Positions 38,766 through 51,353 of a stretch of DNA of 64,000 bases are shown here, in pieces (position 1 is the first letter of the stretch; each line of letters begins with the position of its first letter). The notes under the pieces were generated by a model. It was not told the origin of the DNA. It ran no database searches and worked only from the letters and a program-made list of their open reading frames with translations. The stretch is from NCBI GenBank assembly GCA_965221695.1, contig OZ244905.1, positions 2,240,001-2,304,000 on the forward strand. Direction: 5' to 3'. The position numbers were made by a program, and so were the translations under genes. This DNA is from Gammaproteobacteria bacterium. GTDB taxonomy: Bacteria > Pseudomonadota > Gammaproteobacteria > Eutrophobiales > Eutrophobiaceae.

Positions 38766-39422
38766 CTATGGATTCCAGTCCAGGAAATTTCTGAGCAGCG
38801 TGAGTCCGGGTCGCTGACTTTTCTCCGGGTGGAATTGCGTCGCGAACAGGTTGTCGCGCGCCGCAGCAGAGGTGAAATTGACGATATAATCCGTAAGCCC
38901 GGCTGAATCTCTCTCATCTTCCGGCTTCACATAATAGCTGTGGACGAAATAAAACCGTTCATCGTCCCGGATACCATTCCACAGAGGATGCGGCGCTGTC
39001 TGTCTTACCCTGTTCCAGCCCATATGGGGAATCTTGTACGGGTCGCCGTTTGCATCTTTGGCGGCAGCCGGGAACCTGAGCGCTTTCCCCGGGATCAGCG
39101 CCAGGCCCTCGGTTCCATTGTCCTCCTCGCTGTAATCCAACAAGGTTTGCAGGCCCAGGCAGATACCCAGGAAGGGTTTATTCAGGATACAGTCCCTGAG
39201 CAGGGCCGGAAAGTCTTTTGCAACCAGGGTCTGCATGCATTGGCCGATCGCGCCTTGCCCGGGGAACACAATGCGTTCGGCCGCCAGCACCGTATTGCGG
39301 TCACCGCTTACCAGTACTGAATAATCCCCACCGGCCACGTGCTCAAGCGCTTTTGCGACTGAATGCAGGTTGCCCGAACCGTAATCCAGGATCGCGACCG
39401 TTTTGCGCGCGCGTGCTCCCAT
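38766..39422 (-). CDS. hisH: imidazole glycerol phosphate synthase subunit HisH
   Basis: DYGSGNL.SV, GICLG, PHMGWN, QFHPEKS. Confidence 0.96.
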   Translation of the reverse strand: MGARARKTVAILDYGSGNLHSVAKALEHVAGGDYSVLVSGDRNTVLAAERIVFPGQGAIGQCMQTLVAKDFPALLRDCILNKPFLGICLGLQTLLDYSEEDNGTEGLALIPGKALRFPAAAKDANGDPYKIPHMGWNRVRQTAPHPLWNGIRDDERFYFVHSYYVKPEDERDSAGLTDYIVNFTSAAARDNLFATQFHPEKSQRPGLTLLRNFLDWNP

Positions 39423-39436
39423 GGGCGGTTGCCGGG

Positions 39437-40033
39437 TTACAAGCTGCCTTTTGTCGAGGGCAGAATTCCTTTCATGCGCGGATCCGGTTCAACGGCCACC
39501 CGCAATGCGCGGCCGAAGGCCTTGAAGATCGTCTCCGCGATATGGTGCGTGTTCCTGCCGCGGATATTATCGATGTGCAGGGTTACCATGGCATGGTTGA
39601 CAAATCCCTGGAAGAATTCGCGCAACAGGTCGACATCGAATTCACCCACCCGTGCCCTCGGGTATTCGACATGGTAGTCCAGACCGGGCCTGCCGGAGAA
39701 ATCCAGGACCACCCGGGAGAGCGCCTCATCCAGCGGAACATACGCGTGCCCGTAACGGCGAATCCCGCGCTTGTCATCCAATGCCTGCCGGAATGCCTGC
39801 CCCAGGGAAATACCGGTGTCCTCAACGGTATGGTGCGCGTCGATTTCAAGATCGCCTTTTGCCTTGATGGCCAGGTCGAACATGCCGTGCCGCGCCACCT
39901 GGTCGAGCATGTGTTCAAGAAACGGAACGCCGACATCCAGGCTTGCATCACCCTTCCCGTCCAGGTTCAGGTCGACGGATATCTGCGTCTCTTTCGTCGA
40001 TCTCTTAATCGATGCTCGTCTTTCATTGCCCAT
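39437..40033 (-). CDS. hisB: imidazoleglycerol-phosphate dehydratase
   Basis: [29 protein letters not shown]. Confidence 0.96.
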   Translation of the reverse strand: MGNERRASIKRSTKETQISVDLNLDGKGDASLDVGVPFLEHMLDQVARHGMFDLAIKAKGDLEIDAHHTVEDTGISLGQAFRQALDDKRGIRRYGHAYVPLDEALSRVVLDFSGRPGLDYHVEYPRARVGEFDVDLLREFFQGFVNHAMVTLHIDNIRGRNTHHIAETIFKAFGRALRVAVEPDPRMKGILPSTKGSL

Positions 40034-40171
40034 GTTTGTTTGCCAGAGTTGAAGATGTGTGCGAAGTCTAACATACAGAGAAAGGGCGCGCCGGAACATG
40101 CGCTTGCTGTGCTGGGTTCAATGCTTATGTTACTGGGGCAAACAAGGTAAAATGAAGTCAAAGAGTAATAG

Positions 40172-41119
<948 letters not shown>

Positions 41120-41137
41120 AGGTTGCAAAAAGCAACC

Positions 41138-41575
41138 TTAAACCCGCAGCCAGAATGTTACCGGACCGTCGTTGGTCAGACTGACCTGCATGTTTGCGCC
41201 GAATACGCCGGTTTGAACTTGCCCATGGGTTACCTGCACGAAGTCGGCGAGTTCATCGAACAGACGTTGGCCGGTTTCAGGTGGCGCGGCTGAACTGAAA
41301 CCGGGGCGGTTCCCTTTGCGGGTATCCGCAGGCAGCGTAAACTGCGGGACAAGCAGCAGCTCGCCGGCGATGTCCTGCAGGCTCAGGTTCATTTTTCCGG
41401 CGGAGTCGGGAAATATGCGGTATTGGATTATTCTTTGGGCCAGCCGTTTGGCTGATGCGGAAGTATCCTGCTTTTCAACACCGACCAGCGCCAGGATGCC
41501 CCGTTCGATTTGCGCTACGGCCCTGTTTTCGACTTCGACTCGGGCACAGGTGACCCGCTGTATCAGCCCGATCAT
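41138..41575 (-). CDS. dtd: D-aminoacyl-tRNA deacylase
   Basis: IQRV, PQFTL, NDGPVTF. Confidence 0.95.
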   Translation of the reverse strand: MIGLIQRVTCARVEVENRAVAQIERGILALVGVEKQDTSASAKRLAQRIIQYRIFPDSAGKMNLSLQDIAGELLLVPQFTLPADTRKGNRPGFSSAAPPETGQRLFDELADFVQVTHGQVQTGVFGANMQVSLTNDGPVTFWLRV

Positions 41576-42225
41576 GCAATAGTGTTAACCCGCTGGTCAT
41601 CGGCAACCAGCAACAGGTCTGCGTGGCGTCGCGCAAACAGGCCGTTGGTGACCACGCCCACAACCTGGTTGAGTTGTTGCTCCAGCTCCGTCGGGTTGAG
41701 TATGGAAAGGTTGTGCACGTCCAGGATGACGTTGCCGTTGTCCGTAACGAAGTCTTCCCGCAGCACCGGCTGGCCACCGAGTTTGACGATTTCCCGGGCG
41801 ACGTGGCTGCGGGCCATCGGGATGACCTCGACGGGCAAGGGAAACGCGCCCAGGACATCCACCAGCTTCGAGTCATCGACGATACAGATGAACCGGTTGC
41901 TGACGGCAGCAGTGATCTTCTCCCTGGTCAGCGCGCCGCCGCCTCCCTTGATCAGTTGCCGGTGACGCGTGGCTTCATCGGCGCCGTCCACGTATACCGC
42001 GAGCTCACGTACACCGTTCAGGTCTATGATCGGAATATTATGTTCTTTCAAACGTTTTTCGGTCGCCACCGAACTGGCCACGGCGCCGTCGATACGATGC
42101 CTGATACGCGCCAGTTCGTCGATAAAGCAGTTAACCGTACTGCCGGTGCCGACACCCACGACCATATCATCTTCAATGTAATCGATTGCGGCCTTGGCGA
42201 CCCGTTGTTTCTTGTCCTGACTCAT
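41572..42225 (-). CDS. rpiA: ribose-5-phosphate isomerase A
   Basis: [23 protein letters not shown]. Confidence 0.97.
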   Translation of the reverse strand: MSQDKKQRVAKAAIDYIEDDMVVGVGTGSTVNCFIDELARIRHRIDGAVASSVATEKRLKEHNIPIIDLNGVRELAVYVDGADEATRHRQLIKGGGGALTREKITAAVSNRFICIVDDSKLVDVLGAFPLPVEVIPMARSHVAREIVKLGGQPVLREDFVTDNGNVILDVHNLSILNPTELEQQLNQVVGVVTNGLFARRHADLLLVADDQRVNTIA

Positions 42226-42335
42226 GTGGAGGAATTTACCGTTGATATATTTCGGGTTAGCGGTTTTTGCCTGCCTGTTCCCGGTTTTGCAGGGCAGGCT
42301 TTGGCGGAAATCGTGCGTGATGTTATCTTATACAC

Positions 42336-43856
42336 ATGTTTGAAGAATACCAACCGTTAATCAGCGAAGCCGCGTCCAGGGTATACGATGTTGCCCGGCG
42401 GTCCTCCCTGGATTATGCCAACCAGACTTCCCGGACCCTGGACAACCATATCTGGCTGAAGCGGGAAGATCAGCAATTGGTATTTTCCTATAAGTTGCGC
42501 GGCGCGTATAACCTGATTGCCTCGCTGGACAAAGAGCAGAAAGCCAACGGAGTCATCGCAGCTTCCGCCGGCAACCACGCCCAGGGTGTTGCCCTGGCCG
42601 CCGGCAGGATGAATATCAGCGCAACCATCGTGATGCCGAAGACGGCGCCGGAGATCAAGGTGAGCGCGGTCAGGCGCCTCGAGGCCAGGGTGGCGCTGCA
42701 CGGCAATACCTATGACGAGGCCAGGCAGCACGCAGAGGAGCTGGCGTCTGCGGAGGGCAGGACATTCATCCCGCCTTACGACCATCCCCTGGTCATTGCC
42801 GGGCAGGCCACCGTGGGGATGGAACTGTTAGAACAGTGTGAGCAGGCGCCGGACTGTATTTTCGTCCCGGTTGGCGGTGGCGGATTGATCGCCGGAATTG
42901 CGCTGTACGTGAAAGCGAACAGCCCCGACACGCGCATCATCGGCGTGGAACACGATGGCGCAGCCAGCATGTACCGGGCGATGAAAGCCGGAACACGGGT
43001 CTCGCTGGACCATGTTGACATCTTCGCTGACGGCGCTGCGGTGCGGCAGGCCGGAGAGGAAACATTCCGCATCTGCCGGGAATTGGTCGATGAGATCCTG
43101 CCGGTCAATGTTGATGAAATCTGCGCCGCAGTCAAGGATATATTTGAGGATACCCGATCCATCCCGGAACCTGCGGGCGCGCTGGCCCTGACCGGGTTGA
43201 AAAAATATGTGCAGCGGGAGAATCTGCGGGATAAGCAACTGGTTGCCATTTTCAGCGGCGCCAACGTGAACTTTGACCGGCTGCGCCACATCGCTGAACT
43301 GTCAGCGCTGGGCGAGCAGCGGGAGGCATTGATATGCGTAACGATTTCCGAACGTCCCGGCAGTTTCCGCAACCTGTGCCATAACCTGGGGCCGCGCCAG
43401 ATCACGGAATTCAACTATCGGTACTGCGATACCGAACAGGCGCATATCTTTGTCGGCGTACAGTTGCGCAACGGTGTAAAGGAGAAGAACCAGGTACTGG
43501 CAAATCTGCGGGACAAGGGTTACGAGGTGATTGACCTGAGCAATGACGAAGTGGCGAAGATGCATATCCGTTACATGGTTGGTGGGCATGCGGCCGGCAT
43601 CACCGACGAGTTGTTGTACCGGTTTGAATTTCCCGAGCGTTCCGGTGCATTGCTGCATTTTCTCACACAGCTCAGCTCGCGCTGGAACATCAGCCTGTTT
43701 CACTACCGCAACCACGGGGCCGCATACGGGCGCGTGCTCATGGGCATACAGGTACCGTCAGACCAGACCGGAGAATTTCAGGATTTCCTTGACGGCCTGG
43801 GTATTGACTATTCGGAAGAGACGAACAATCCTGCCTACAGGTTGTTTTTGAACTGA
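42336..43856 (+). CDS. ilvA: threonine dehydratase, biosynthetic
   Basis: FSYKLRGAY, SAGNHAQG, two ACT-like domains (FHYRNHG). Confidence 0.96.
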   Translation: MFEEYQPLISEAASRVYDVARRSSLDYANQTSRTLDNHIWLKREDQQLVFSYKLRGAYNLIASLDKEQKANGVIAASAGNHAQGVALAAGRMNISATIVMPKTAPEIKVSAVRRLEARVALHGNTYDEARQHAEELASAEGRTFIPPYDHPLVIAGQATVGMELLEQCEQAPDCIFVPVGGGGLIAGIALYVKANSPDTRIIGVEHDGAASMYRAMKAGTRVSLDHVDIFADGAAVRQAGEETFRICRELVDEILPVNVDEICAAVKDIFEDTRSIPEPAGALALTGLKKYVQRENLRDKQLVAIFSGANVNFDRLRHIAELSALGEQREALICVTISERPGSFRNLCHNLGPRQITEFNYRYCDTEQAHIFVGVQLRNGVKEKNQVLANLRDKGYEVIDLSNDEVAKMHIRYMVGGHAAGITDELLYRFEFPERSGALLHFLTQLSSRWNISLFHYRNHGAAYGRVLMGIQVPSDQTGEFQDFLDGLGIDYSEETNNPAYRLFLN

Positions 43857-43896
43857 TACGTTAACGAGTCGCGAAAGGCGACAGGTAGGGTAAGGT

Positions 43897-44084
43897 GGGT
43901 ATCAACCGTCGTGCCGTTACGGGCGATAAACTTGAACCAAGGGTTCAAGTGGGAACAGCGGGCGTTATATCAGGCTTCCCAGTTCTCGTGGGCATGCACA
44001 CAATAGCGCGGTTCAGTTCCCTCCATTACAGGAAATAAGCTCAAGTTTTTGTAGGCCCGCGCGCGAACACGACAGAAGATACCC
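43897..44084 (-). ncRNA. ssrS: 6S RNA
   Basis: Directly downstream of zapA; complementary ends (GGGTATC...GATACCC); CTTGAACCCTTGGTTCAAG hairpin typical of gammaproteobacterial 6S. Confidence 0.85.
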
Positions 44085-44088
44085 AAAA

Positions 44089-44388
44089 CTAATTGTCACC
44101 GACTAAAACGCCATCAATTTTTGTTTGCAGGCGTTTTACCATCATGTCTACCGATTCAGTATAGTCCTTATTTTTGCGTTTGTATGCAAGCAGTTCATTG
44201 GCAATATTAAGCGCCGCCATAATCACAATACGTTCAGTGCCGACTATGCTGCCGCTGGTTTTCACTTCCAGCAGTTTCTCGTTGAGAAAATCCACCACTG
44301 CATACAACTGTTCCCGCTCATCGTCCGGGGCAGATATCAGGTATTCTTTGTCGAGAATCGTTACTCGAACCGGACTCGATTGTGTCAT
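44089..44388 (-). CDS. zapA: cell division protein ZapA
   Basis: VTILDKEY, ERIVIMAALNIA.E. Confidence 0.92.
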   Translation of the reverse strand: MTQSSPVRVTILDKEYLISAPDDEREQLYAVVDFLNEKLLEVKTSGSIVGTERIVIMAALNIANELLAYKRKNKDYTESVDMMVKRLQTKIDGVLVGDN

Positions 44389-44609
44389 GAACGGGTTTCC
44401 ATCGCCCGCAGCCGCGCAATCATGGATTCGATACGAAACCTTGCCTGCTCTGTCTTTTCAATGAGCACAGCGCGCTCACTGATCAGATTTTTTTGCTGGT
44501 CACGCAAGGCAGAATTCTCATTTTTTAATGCATCGACTGTCTTGATGAGATCATCGACCCGCGCCTCAAGAACCCCCAAATCTACGCTTTCAAGGTTATT
44601 TTCTGACAT
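44385..44609 (-). CDS. TIGR02449-family coiled-coil (ZapB-like) protein
   Basis: LEARVDDLI...LKNEN..LR..ARFRIESMIARLRAME; upstream of zapA. Confidence 0.85.
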   Translation of the reverse strand: MSENNLESVDLGVLEARVDDLIKTVDALKNENSALRDQQKNLISERAVLIEKTEQARFRIESMIARLRAMETRS

Positions 44610-44729
44610 TGATATAGTTTCCGCGGCTGTTTGTTTCCCATAAAACCACTGGTATTCAGTACCAATATAGAACGCGGCTGCAAGGTGGTCAAGTTTGATG
44701 GTAATGGGATAGGAGGCGCTTCCGTCAAC

Positions 44730-44850
44730 ACTGCCACCATACCACTTCCACGGAAGCGGGAGTCCAGTCGAATAGAGTGTCGCCCTTCCACCAAACCACT
44801 CCCGCGGAAACGGGAGTCCAGTCTATTATTCTGTCGACCGCAGGGCGACT
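44730..44850. repeat. REP family A, two tandem units (reverse orientation)
   Basis: accact(t/c)cc(a/g)cggaa(g/a)cgggagtccagtc twice. Confidence 0.8.
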
Positions 44851-44902
44851 CATTATTGCTTTTGACGTTGCATCAAGGTACCGTAAGACATACTTGGAAT
44901 CC

Positions 44903-46225
44903 ATGCTCCACAACATGAAAATCAGTGAAGACAGCAAGCGCCGCAAGAAGCTCATGGACATGCTCGGGGATGACAGCATTGCCATCCTGCCTGCCGCACC
45001 GGAAAAAATTCGTAACCGGGATGTATCCTATCGTTACCGTCCCGATAGCGACTTTTATTACCTGACGGGGTTTGCTGAACCGCAAGCCGTGATGGTGTTG
45101 ATCCCCGGTCGCAGTCAGGGAGAATTTATCCTGTTCTGCCGCGAGCGTGATCCCGAGCAGGAAACCTGGCACGGTTACCGCGCGGGACTGGAAGGCGCGT
45201 GCAATGATTACGGTGCGGATGACGCCTATCCCATTACCGATATGGACGACATTCTGCCGGGATTGCTCGAGAACAGGGAGCGGATTTATTACACCATGGG
45301 AAATGACACTACGTTCGACCAGCGCGTGCTCGGCTGGGTCAACCAGGTGCGAGGCAAGGTCCGCGCCGGCGTTCACGCGCCGGAAGAATTCATATCCCTG
45401 AACCACATCCTGCATGATATGCGCTTGTATAAAAGCCGGCAGGAGATCCAAAAAATGCGCAAGGCCGCAACGATCTCGGCAAATGCCCATGTGCGCGCAA
45501 TGCAGACATGCCGGCCGGGGCTGATGGAATACCAGGTAGAGGCTGAACTTCTGCATGAATTCATGCGCCAGGGTGCGCTTAGCGCCGCCTATCCCTGCAT
45601 CGTCGGCAGCGGAGTAAACAGTTGCGTACTGCATTACACCGATAACACGCGGGAAATGCAGGAAGGTGACATCCTATTGATTGACGCCGGCGCCGAATAT
45701 GAATGTTATGCGAGCGATGTTACCCGCACTTTCCCCGTTAACGGCCGTTTCAACAGTAGCCAGCGCGCCGTCTACGAGGTCGTTCTGGCCGCCCAACTTG
45801 CCGCGATTGACGCAGTGAGGCCGGGAAATCATTGGAATGAACCCCACGACGCGGCAGTTGACGCGTTGACGGAAGGATTGATCTCTCTCGGGATCCTCAA
45901 GGGAACGTCGAAAAGCCTGGTAAAAGAGGACGCTTACAAACGCTATTTCATGCACAAGACCGGACACTGGCTTGGCATGGACGTACACGATGTCGGCGAT
46001 TATAAGCTGGGCGAACAGTGGCGCTTGCTGGAACCCGGCATGACGTTGACCATCGAACCGGGATTGTATCTTCCGCCGCAGGAGGGCCTGGCCGAAAAAT
46101 GGTGGAATATCGGCGTGCGTATCGAAGATGACGTGCTGGTGACAAAATCAGGGAATGAGGTGCTGAGTCGGGATGCGCCCAAAAGCATTTCCGAGATTGA
46201 GGCATTGATGGCGCATAACGGATGA
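44903..46225 (+). CDS. pepP: Xaa-Pro aminopeptidase
   Basis: DSDFYYLTG, YASDVTRT, HWLGMDVHD, TIEPGLY, GVRIEDD. Confidence 0.95.
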   Translation: MLHNMKISEDSKRRKKLMDMLGDDSIAILPAAPEKIRNRDVSYRYRPDSDFYYLTGFAEPQAVMVLIPGRSQGEFILFCRERDPEQETWHGYRAGLEGACNDYGADDAYPITDMDDILPGLLENRERIYYTMGNDTTFDQRVLGWVNQVRGKVRAGVHAPEEFISLNHILHDMRLYKSRQEIQKMRKAATISANAHVRAMQTCRPGLMEYQVEAELLHEFMRQGALSAAYPCIVGSGVNSCVLHYTDNTREMQEGDILLIDAGAEYECYASDVTRTFPVNGRFNSSQRAVYEVVLAAQLAAIDAVRPGNHWNEPHDAAVDALTEGLISLGILKGTSKSLVKEDAYKRYFMHKTGHWLGMDVHDVGDYKLGEQWRLLEPGMTLTIEPGLYLPPQEGLAEKWWNIGVRIEDDVLVTKSGNEVLSRDAPKSISEIEALMAHNG

Positions 46226-46233
46226 ACTGAGCT

Positions 46234-48750
46234 GTGTATGATATTGCAGTGATTGGCGGCGGTATGGCCGGCGCTAGCCTTGCCTGTGCCCTCGCCGGTG
46301 AACAAACCAGTATCGCCCTGGTGGAAGAGCGGCCGGCGCGCGCCGGGCATACCCACAATGATGATGCCAGGGGTATTGCCTTGTCACGTTCTTCCTTGCA
46401 AGCGCTGAAAGGGACGGGATTGTGGCAGAAACTGGAACCATCAGCCTGTCCCATTGAGCACATACATGTCAGCGCCAGGGGCCGTTACGGCTCTGTCAGG
46501 ATGTCTGCCGGCATGCTCGATCTCGACGCGCTGGGATACGTGGTTCCCGCGCAGGAACTGGGGAATAAACTGTTGCAGGAGATTGCCGGGCATGCCGACA
46601 TCGAGATGTTCTGCCCGGCAAAAGCGGAAAAGATAGAACATGAACCGGGTTCCATTGCGGTGCATGTCACGCGGCCTGATGCAGATACAGATAAAGACAC
46701 AGATACAGTCATCCGGTGCAAGCTGCTGGTAATCGCGGATGGCGCGTTTTCCACCCTGAGAGACCTGGCCGGTATCTCGACAAGCATCCATGACTACCGG
46801 CAGATGGCGATCGTTTCGAACGTTACGGTTTCCAAGGAACATCACAACACCGCATACGAGCGGTTTATTCCCGGTGGCCTGGTCGCGATACTGCCGTTGA
46901 AGGGGAAAAACCGCTGCGTCACGGTCCTGGTATCACCGGCGGACCAGGCGGAAGATCACCTGCAACTGGACGACGAGGGTTATCTGAAGCTGTTGCAACA
47001 GGCTTTCGGCAAACGCCTTGGAGAATTAACCGGTCCGGGTCCCAGACAGTCCTGGCCGCTGGTTTTATTACAGCCCGAACGGCAGATAGCCCAACGGATC
47101 GTGCTGCTGGGCAACGCGGCCCATACTATCCACCCCAACGGCGCGCAGGGATTCAACCTGGCCCTGCGGGACATGGCAGCGCTCGCGGGACTATTGCGCG
47201 CAACGCTACGGGACGGCGGCGATGTGGGCGCGACGGAGGTTCTGGAAGCATACGCATCATCCAGGCAAGCCGATCAGCGCCGGGTCATCCGCTTCACGGA
47301 CTTGCTGCAAAAGACATCCGGACGCACCGATACGATAACGCCCGCATTACGCGGCAGCATGATGCTGGCGTTGGATGCGTTGCCGAGACTGAAAAATGAG
47401 TTCATCCGGCGTGCGGCGGGGTTGCAGACACCATCGGCGCCAATAGCAGCGCCCAAACCCGGGGAGCCGAGCAAGACCGACCGGAAGAGCAAGGCAGGAG
47501 TGAAGCATGAATCCGGCACAAGGCGCCGCGCACGACCCAGCGCTCCTGATACGGAACTGCTTATCATTGGCGGCGGCGTGATCGGCGCCACCATGGGATT
47601 ACTGGCCGCATCGGGCGGCATGGATTGCATCCTGGTCGAGCGCAACAGCCCGCCGGTGGACGATAAACCGGTGGAAGATGCCCGGGTGCTGGCCCTGACC
47701 GCGGCATCGAGGAAGATTCTGACCAGGGTGCGGGCCTGGCAGCAGCTTGCGGAGCAGGATATCGGCCTGTTCCGGCAGATGCATGTCTGGGACGAGAACG
47801 GCAGCGGCAGCCTGCACTTCGACAGCGCCGCCATCGGCCTGCCGGCGCTTGGCCATATCGTGCCCCAGAATTTGCTGGTCAGCGCGTTGGAATCCGTGCG
47901 TGTGGGCCTGCCGGGAATTTCCGTACACACAGGCGCCGAACCGTCGCACCTCACAGACGCAGGCAATGCCATCAGGGTGACGTTGAGTGATGGCCGGGAG
48001 GTTTCGGCAAAACTGCTTGTTGCCGCCGACGGTACCAGGTCAAAGGTCCGGCAGCTCGCCGGCATAGGGTACCCGGTCCACCGGTATCGGCAAGCGGCTG
48101 TCGCGGGCATCGTGCGGACGGAATTGAACCACGGGCAAGTGGCGCGCCAGCGGTTTTTGTCGAATGGCCCACTGGCGTTCCTGCCCATGGCAGACCCGAA
48201 CCGCTGCGGGGTGGTCTGGTCGACCGCGCCGGAACATGCGGACGAACTGCTTGCAATGGATGATACGGATTTTCTTCAGGCGCTTGAAGAGGCTTTCGAA
48301 TCCACCCTGGGCGCGCTGTCTGATGTCGGCGTCAGGCAGGGATTTCCGTTACAGAGAGCGCAGGCCCGGCGTTACTGTACAGAGCGCATCGCGCTGGTCG
48401 GCGATGCCGCGCATTGCGTCCACCCACTGGCCGGCCTGGGCGCCAACCTGGGGCTGCTTGATGTCGCCGCGTTGTTCCAGGTCATTACGGCTGCGGGCGC
48501 GAAACGCCGCGACCCCGGCGGCAGCGCGGTATTGAGAAAGTATGAAAGATGGCGCAAAGGCGAAAATTATATGGTGATCATGGCCCTGGAAGGATTAAAA
48601 TACTTGTTTGAAACACAGGCTTTACCGATCCCGGGACTGAGGAATGCCGGGATGGAACTGTATAATTCGTTACAGTCGTTGAAGAATTTCACGATGCGCC
48701 GGGCCACGGGCCTGGCCGGCGATTTGCCGGACTTGGTCAGCAGTAGTTAA
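46234..48750 (+). CDS. ubiH: fused UbiH-like + UbiI/UbiF-like FAD-dependent ubiquinone hydroxylases
   Basis: Two complete flavin monooxygenase units: GGGMAG..ADG..GNAAH.IHP..QGFNL and GGGVIG..ADG..GDAAH.VHPLAG.G.NLG; pepP-ubiH-ubiI synteny. Confidence 0.85.
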   Translation: MYDIAVIGGGMAGASLACALAGEQTSIALVEERPARAGHTHNDDARGIALSRSSLQALKGTGLWQKLEPSACPIEHIHVSARGRYGSVRMSAGMLDLDALGYVVPAQELGNKLLQEIAGHADIEMFCPAKAEKIEHEPGSIAVHVTRPDADTDKDTDTVIRCKLLVIADGAFSTLRDLAGISTSIHDYRQMAIVSNVTVSKEHHNTAYERFIPGGLVAILPLKGKNRCVTVLVSPADQAEDHLQLDDEGYLKLLQQAFGKRLGELTGPGPRQSWPLVLLQPERQIAQRIVLLGNAAHTIHPNGAQGFNLALRDMAALAGLLRATLRDGGDVGATEVLEAYASSRQADQRRVIRFTDLLQKTSGRTDTITPALRGSMMLALDALPRLKNEFIRRAAGLQTPSAPIAAPKPGEPSKTDRKSKAGVKHESGTRRRARPSAPDTELLIIGGGVIGATMGLLAASGGMDCILVERNSPPVDDKPVEDARVLALTAASRKILTRVRAWQQLAEQDIGLFRQMHVWDENGSGSLHFDSAAIGLPALGHIVPQNLLVSALESVRVGLPGISVHTGAEPSHLTDAGNAIRVTLSDGREVSAKLLVAADGTRSKVRQLAGIGYPVHRYRQAAVAGIVRTELNHGQVARQRFLSNGPLAFLPMADPNRCGVVWSTAPEHADELLAMDDTDFLQALEEAFESTLGALSDVGVRQGFPLQRAQARRYCTERIALVGDAAHCVHPLAGLGANLGLLDVAALFQVITAAGAKRRDPGGSAVLRKYERWRKGENYMVIMALEGLKYLFETQALPIPGLRNAGMELYNSLQSLKNFTMRRATGLAGDLPDLVSSS

Positions 48751-48764
48751 GGCGCGATGACCGA

Positions 48765-50447
48765 ATGGATAATTTAACCCCCCCACACTTTGTGCGCAAG
48801 ATCATCGCTGATGATATCGAACAGGGCCGATGCCCTGAAGGTATCCGTACGCGTTTCCCCCCCGAACCCAACGGTTTCCTGCATATCGGCCATGCCAAGG
48901 CCATTTGCGTGAATTTCGGCATGGCCGCGGAATACCAGGGCAAATGCAACCTGCGCTTCGATGACACCAACCCGGAAAAAGAGGACATGAAATATGTGGA
49001 GGCCATCCAGGAGGATGTACGCTGGCTGGGGTTTGACTGGGAAGACAGGTTGTATTTTGCCTCCGATTATTTCATGCGGCTGTTCGAGTTTGCGATCGAA
49101 TTGATTGAGCAGGGCAAGGCTTATGTCGACAGCATGAGCGCCGATCAGATAAGGGAATACCGCGGTACCCTGACGGAACCGGGGACCGACAGTCCTTTCC
49201 GGAACCGGCCGGTTGCCGAGAACCTGGACCTGTTTCGCAGGATGAAAGCGGGAGAATTTGCCGACGGAGAACATGCGCTCAGGGCAAAAATCGATATGGG
49301 GTCGGCCAACCTGAACATGCGGGACCCGGTGATATACCGGATCCGCAGGTCCGTCCATTATCGAACAGGGGATGCCTGGTGCATCTATCCCATGTACGAT
49401 TTCACCCATTGCCTGTCGGATGCGCTGGAGCATATCACCCACTCACTGTGCAGCCTGGAATTTGAGGACCACCGGCCGTTGTACGACTGGTTTATCGATA
49501 ACCTGGCTACCCCCTCGCGCCCGCACCAGTACGAGTTCGCCCGCCTCAACCTGGAGTACACGGTGCTGAGCAAGCGCAAGCTGATCGAATTGGTGGAGGA
49601 CGGCCATGTGGACGGCTGGGATGACCCGCGCATGCCTACCCTGTCCGGACTGCGGCGGCGCGGCTTCACGCCGCATTCGATACGGGAATTCTGCGCGCGT
49701 ATCGGCCTGACAAAAAGCGACACCGTTATCGATGCGAGTGTGCTGGAACATGTGATCCGGGACGAGCTTGGCGCCGCGGCGCCGCGGCGTATGGCAGTAT
49801 TGCGCCCCTTAAAGGTGGTGATTGAAAACTATCCGGACGACAAGGAGGAACTGCTGGATGCCGCCAACCACCCGCAGGACCCGTCCATGGGTTCGCGCAA
49901 GGTGCCGTTCAGCAACGTGCTTTACATAGAACGGGATGATTTCATGGAAGATGCCCCGAAGAAATTTTTCCGGCTGGCGCCTGGCCGGGAAGTGCGTCTG
50001 CGCTATGCCTATTTCATCACCTGCAACGAAGTCATCAAGGACGAGAAGACCGGGACGGTGATGGAATTGCGTTGCAGCTATGATCCGGCAACACGCGGCG
50101 GCAACGCCCCCGACGGGCGCAAGGTCAAGGGCACGCTCCACTGGGTATCGGCCCGGCATGCGCGCCCGGCGCAGGTCAGGCTGTATGACAGGCTGTTCTC
50201 CGTCGCCAACCCGGACCGGGGCGATCAGGACTGGAAATCCTACCTCAATCCGAATTCACTGGAGACGCTTGGCGAGTGTCTCATCGAACCCGACCTGGCG
50301 CAGGCGCAGCCGGAGCAACGCTTCCAGTTCGAGCGGCTGGGGTACTTCTGCGCCGAGAAGGAAGACTGGCGCGAGGACAGCCCGGTGTTCAACCGCATCG
50401 TGACGCTGCGCGATACCTGGGCAAAGATAAGCAACAAGAGGAGCTGA
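48765..50447 (+). CDS. glnS: glutamine--tRNA ligase
   Basis: [34 protein letters not shown]. Confidence 0.96.
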   Translation: MDNLTPPHFVRKIIADDIEQGRCPEGIRTRFPPEPNGFLHIGHAKAICVNFGMAAEYQGKCNLRFDDTNPEKEDMKYVEAIQEDVRWLGFDWEDRLYFASDYFMRLFEFAIELIEQGKAYVDSMSADQIREYRGTLTEPGTDSPFRNRPVAENLDLFRRMKAGEFADGEHALRAKIDMGSANLNMRDPVIYRIRRSVHYRTGDAWCIYPMYDFTHCLSDALEHITHSLCSLEFEDHRPLYDWFIDNLATPSRPHQYEFARLNLEYTVLSKRKLIELVEDGHVDGWDDPRMPTLSGLRRRGFTPHSIREFCARIGLTKSDTVIDASVLEHVIRDELGAAAPRRMAVLRPLKVVIENYPDDKEELLDAANHPQDPSMGSRKVPFSNVLYIERDDFMEDAPKKFFRLAPGREVRLRYAYFITCNEVIKDEKTGTVMELRCSYDPATRGGNAPDGRKVKGTLHWVSARHARPAQVRLYDRLFSVANPDRGDQDWKSYLNPNSLETLGECLIEPDLAQAQPEQRFQFERLGYFCAEKEDWREDSPVFNRIVTLRDTWAKISNKRS

Positions 50448-50448
50448 C

Positions 50449-51345
50449 ATGACAGACTCGAACACTTCACTATTCCAATCAGACATCAACAGTCTTCCCC
50501 TGCTGAACCGGGGCAAGGTGCGTGACATCTACGATGTGGACGCCGACCACCTGCTGATCGTCACCAGCGACCGTATCTCCGCTTTTGACGTGGTGTTGCC
50601 CGACCCGGTCCCCGGCAAGGGCAGCGTATTGACCACGGTGTCCAATTTCTGGTTTGCCCGCACAGAGAACCTGATCGCCAACCACCTGACCGGCCGCAGC
50701 CTGGCTTCCGCCGGTCTGAGCGAAGATGAGGTCAAGCAATTGGAAGGCCGGTCGATCGTGGTCCGGAAGCTGCAGCCGCTGCCGGTGGAAGCCATCGTGC
50801 GCGGCTACATCATCGGCTCAGGCTGGAAAGACTACCAGCGCACCGGCGCGGTCTGCGGCATCGAACTGCCGGCCGGTCTGGAACAGGCGCAACAATTGCC
50901 GGAGCCGATATTCACGCCCTCCACCAAGGCCGAGGCCGGCGAACACGATGAAAATATCAGTTTTGCACAAACCGTGGAACTGCTGGGCGCCGAACTGGCC
51001 GAAAAAGTGCGCACGCTCAGCCTGACTATCTACCGGCAGGCCGCGGAATATGCCGCTGAACGGGGGATCATCATCGCCGACACCAAGCTGGAATTCGGTT
51101 TTGACAGTAACCGCGAGTTGTACCTGATCGATGAAGTGCTGACCCCGGATTCATCCCGCTTCTGGCCCGCGGATTCCTACCGCACCGGCATCAGTCCGCC
51201 GAGTTTTGACAAGCAGTTCGTGCGCGACTACCTTGAAACCCAGGACTGGAACAAACAAGCGCCCGGCCCGGCATTGCCGGAGCAGGTTATCCAACAGACA
51301 GCCGCGAAGTACAAGGAGGCCCAGGACAGGCTGCTCGACGCATAA
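50449..51345 (+). CDS. purC: SAICAR synthetase
   Basis: [33 protein letters not shown]. Confidence 0.96.
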   Translation: MTDSNTSLFQSDINSLPLLNRGKVRDIYDVDADHLLIVTSDRISAFDVVLPDPVPGKGSVLTTVSNFWFARTENLIANHLTGRSLASAGLSEDEVKQLEGRSIVVRKLQPLPVEAIVRGYIIGSGWKDYQRTGAVCGIELPAGLEQAQQLPEPIFTPSTKAEAGEHDENISFAQTVELLGAELAEKVRTLSLTIYRQAAEYAAERGIIIADTKLEFGFDSNRELYLIDEVLTPDSSRFWPADSYRTGISPPSFDKQFVRDYLETQDWNKQAPGPALPEQVIQQTAAKYKEAQDRLLDA

Positions 51346-51353
51346 CACGCAAA

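Noticed and set aside
46678-46707. [10 protein letters not shown] micro-repeat in the UbiH domain as a phase-variable tract
   Set aside because: A degenerate in-frame 6-nt repeat; slippage would not shift the frame
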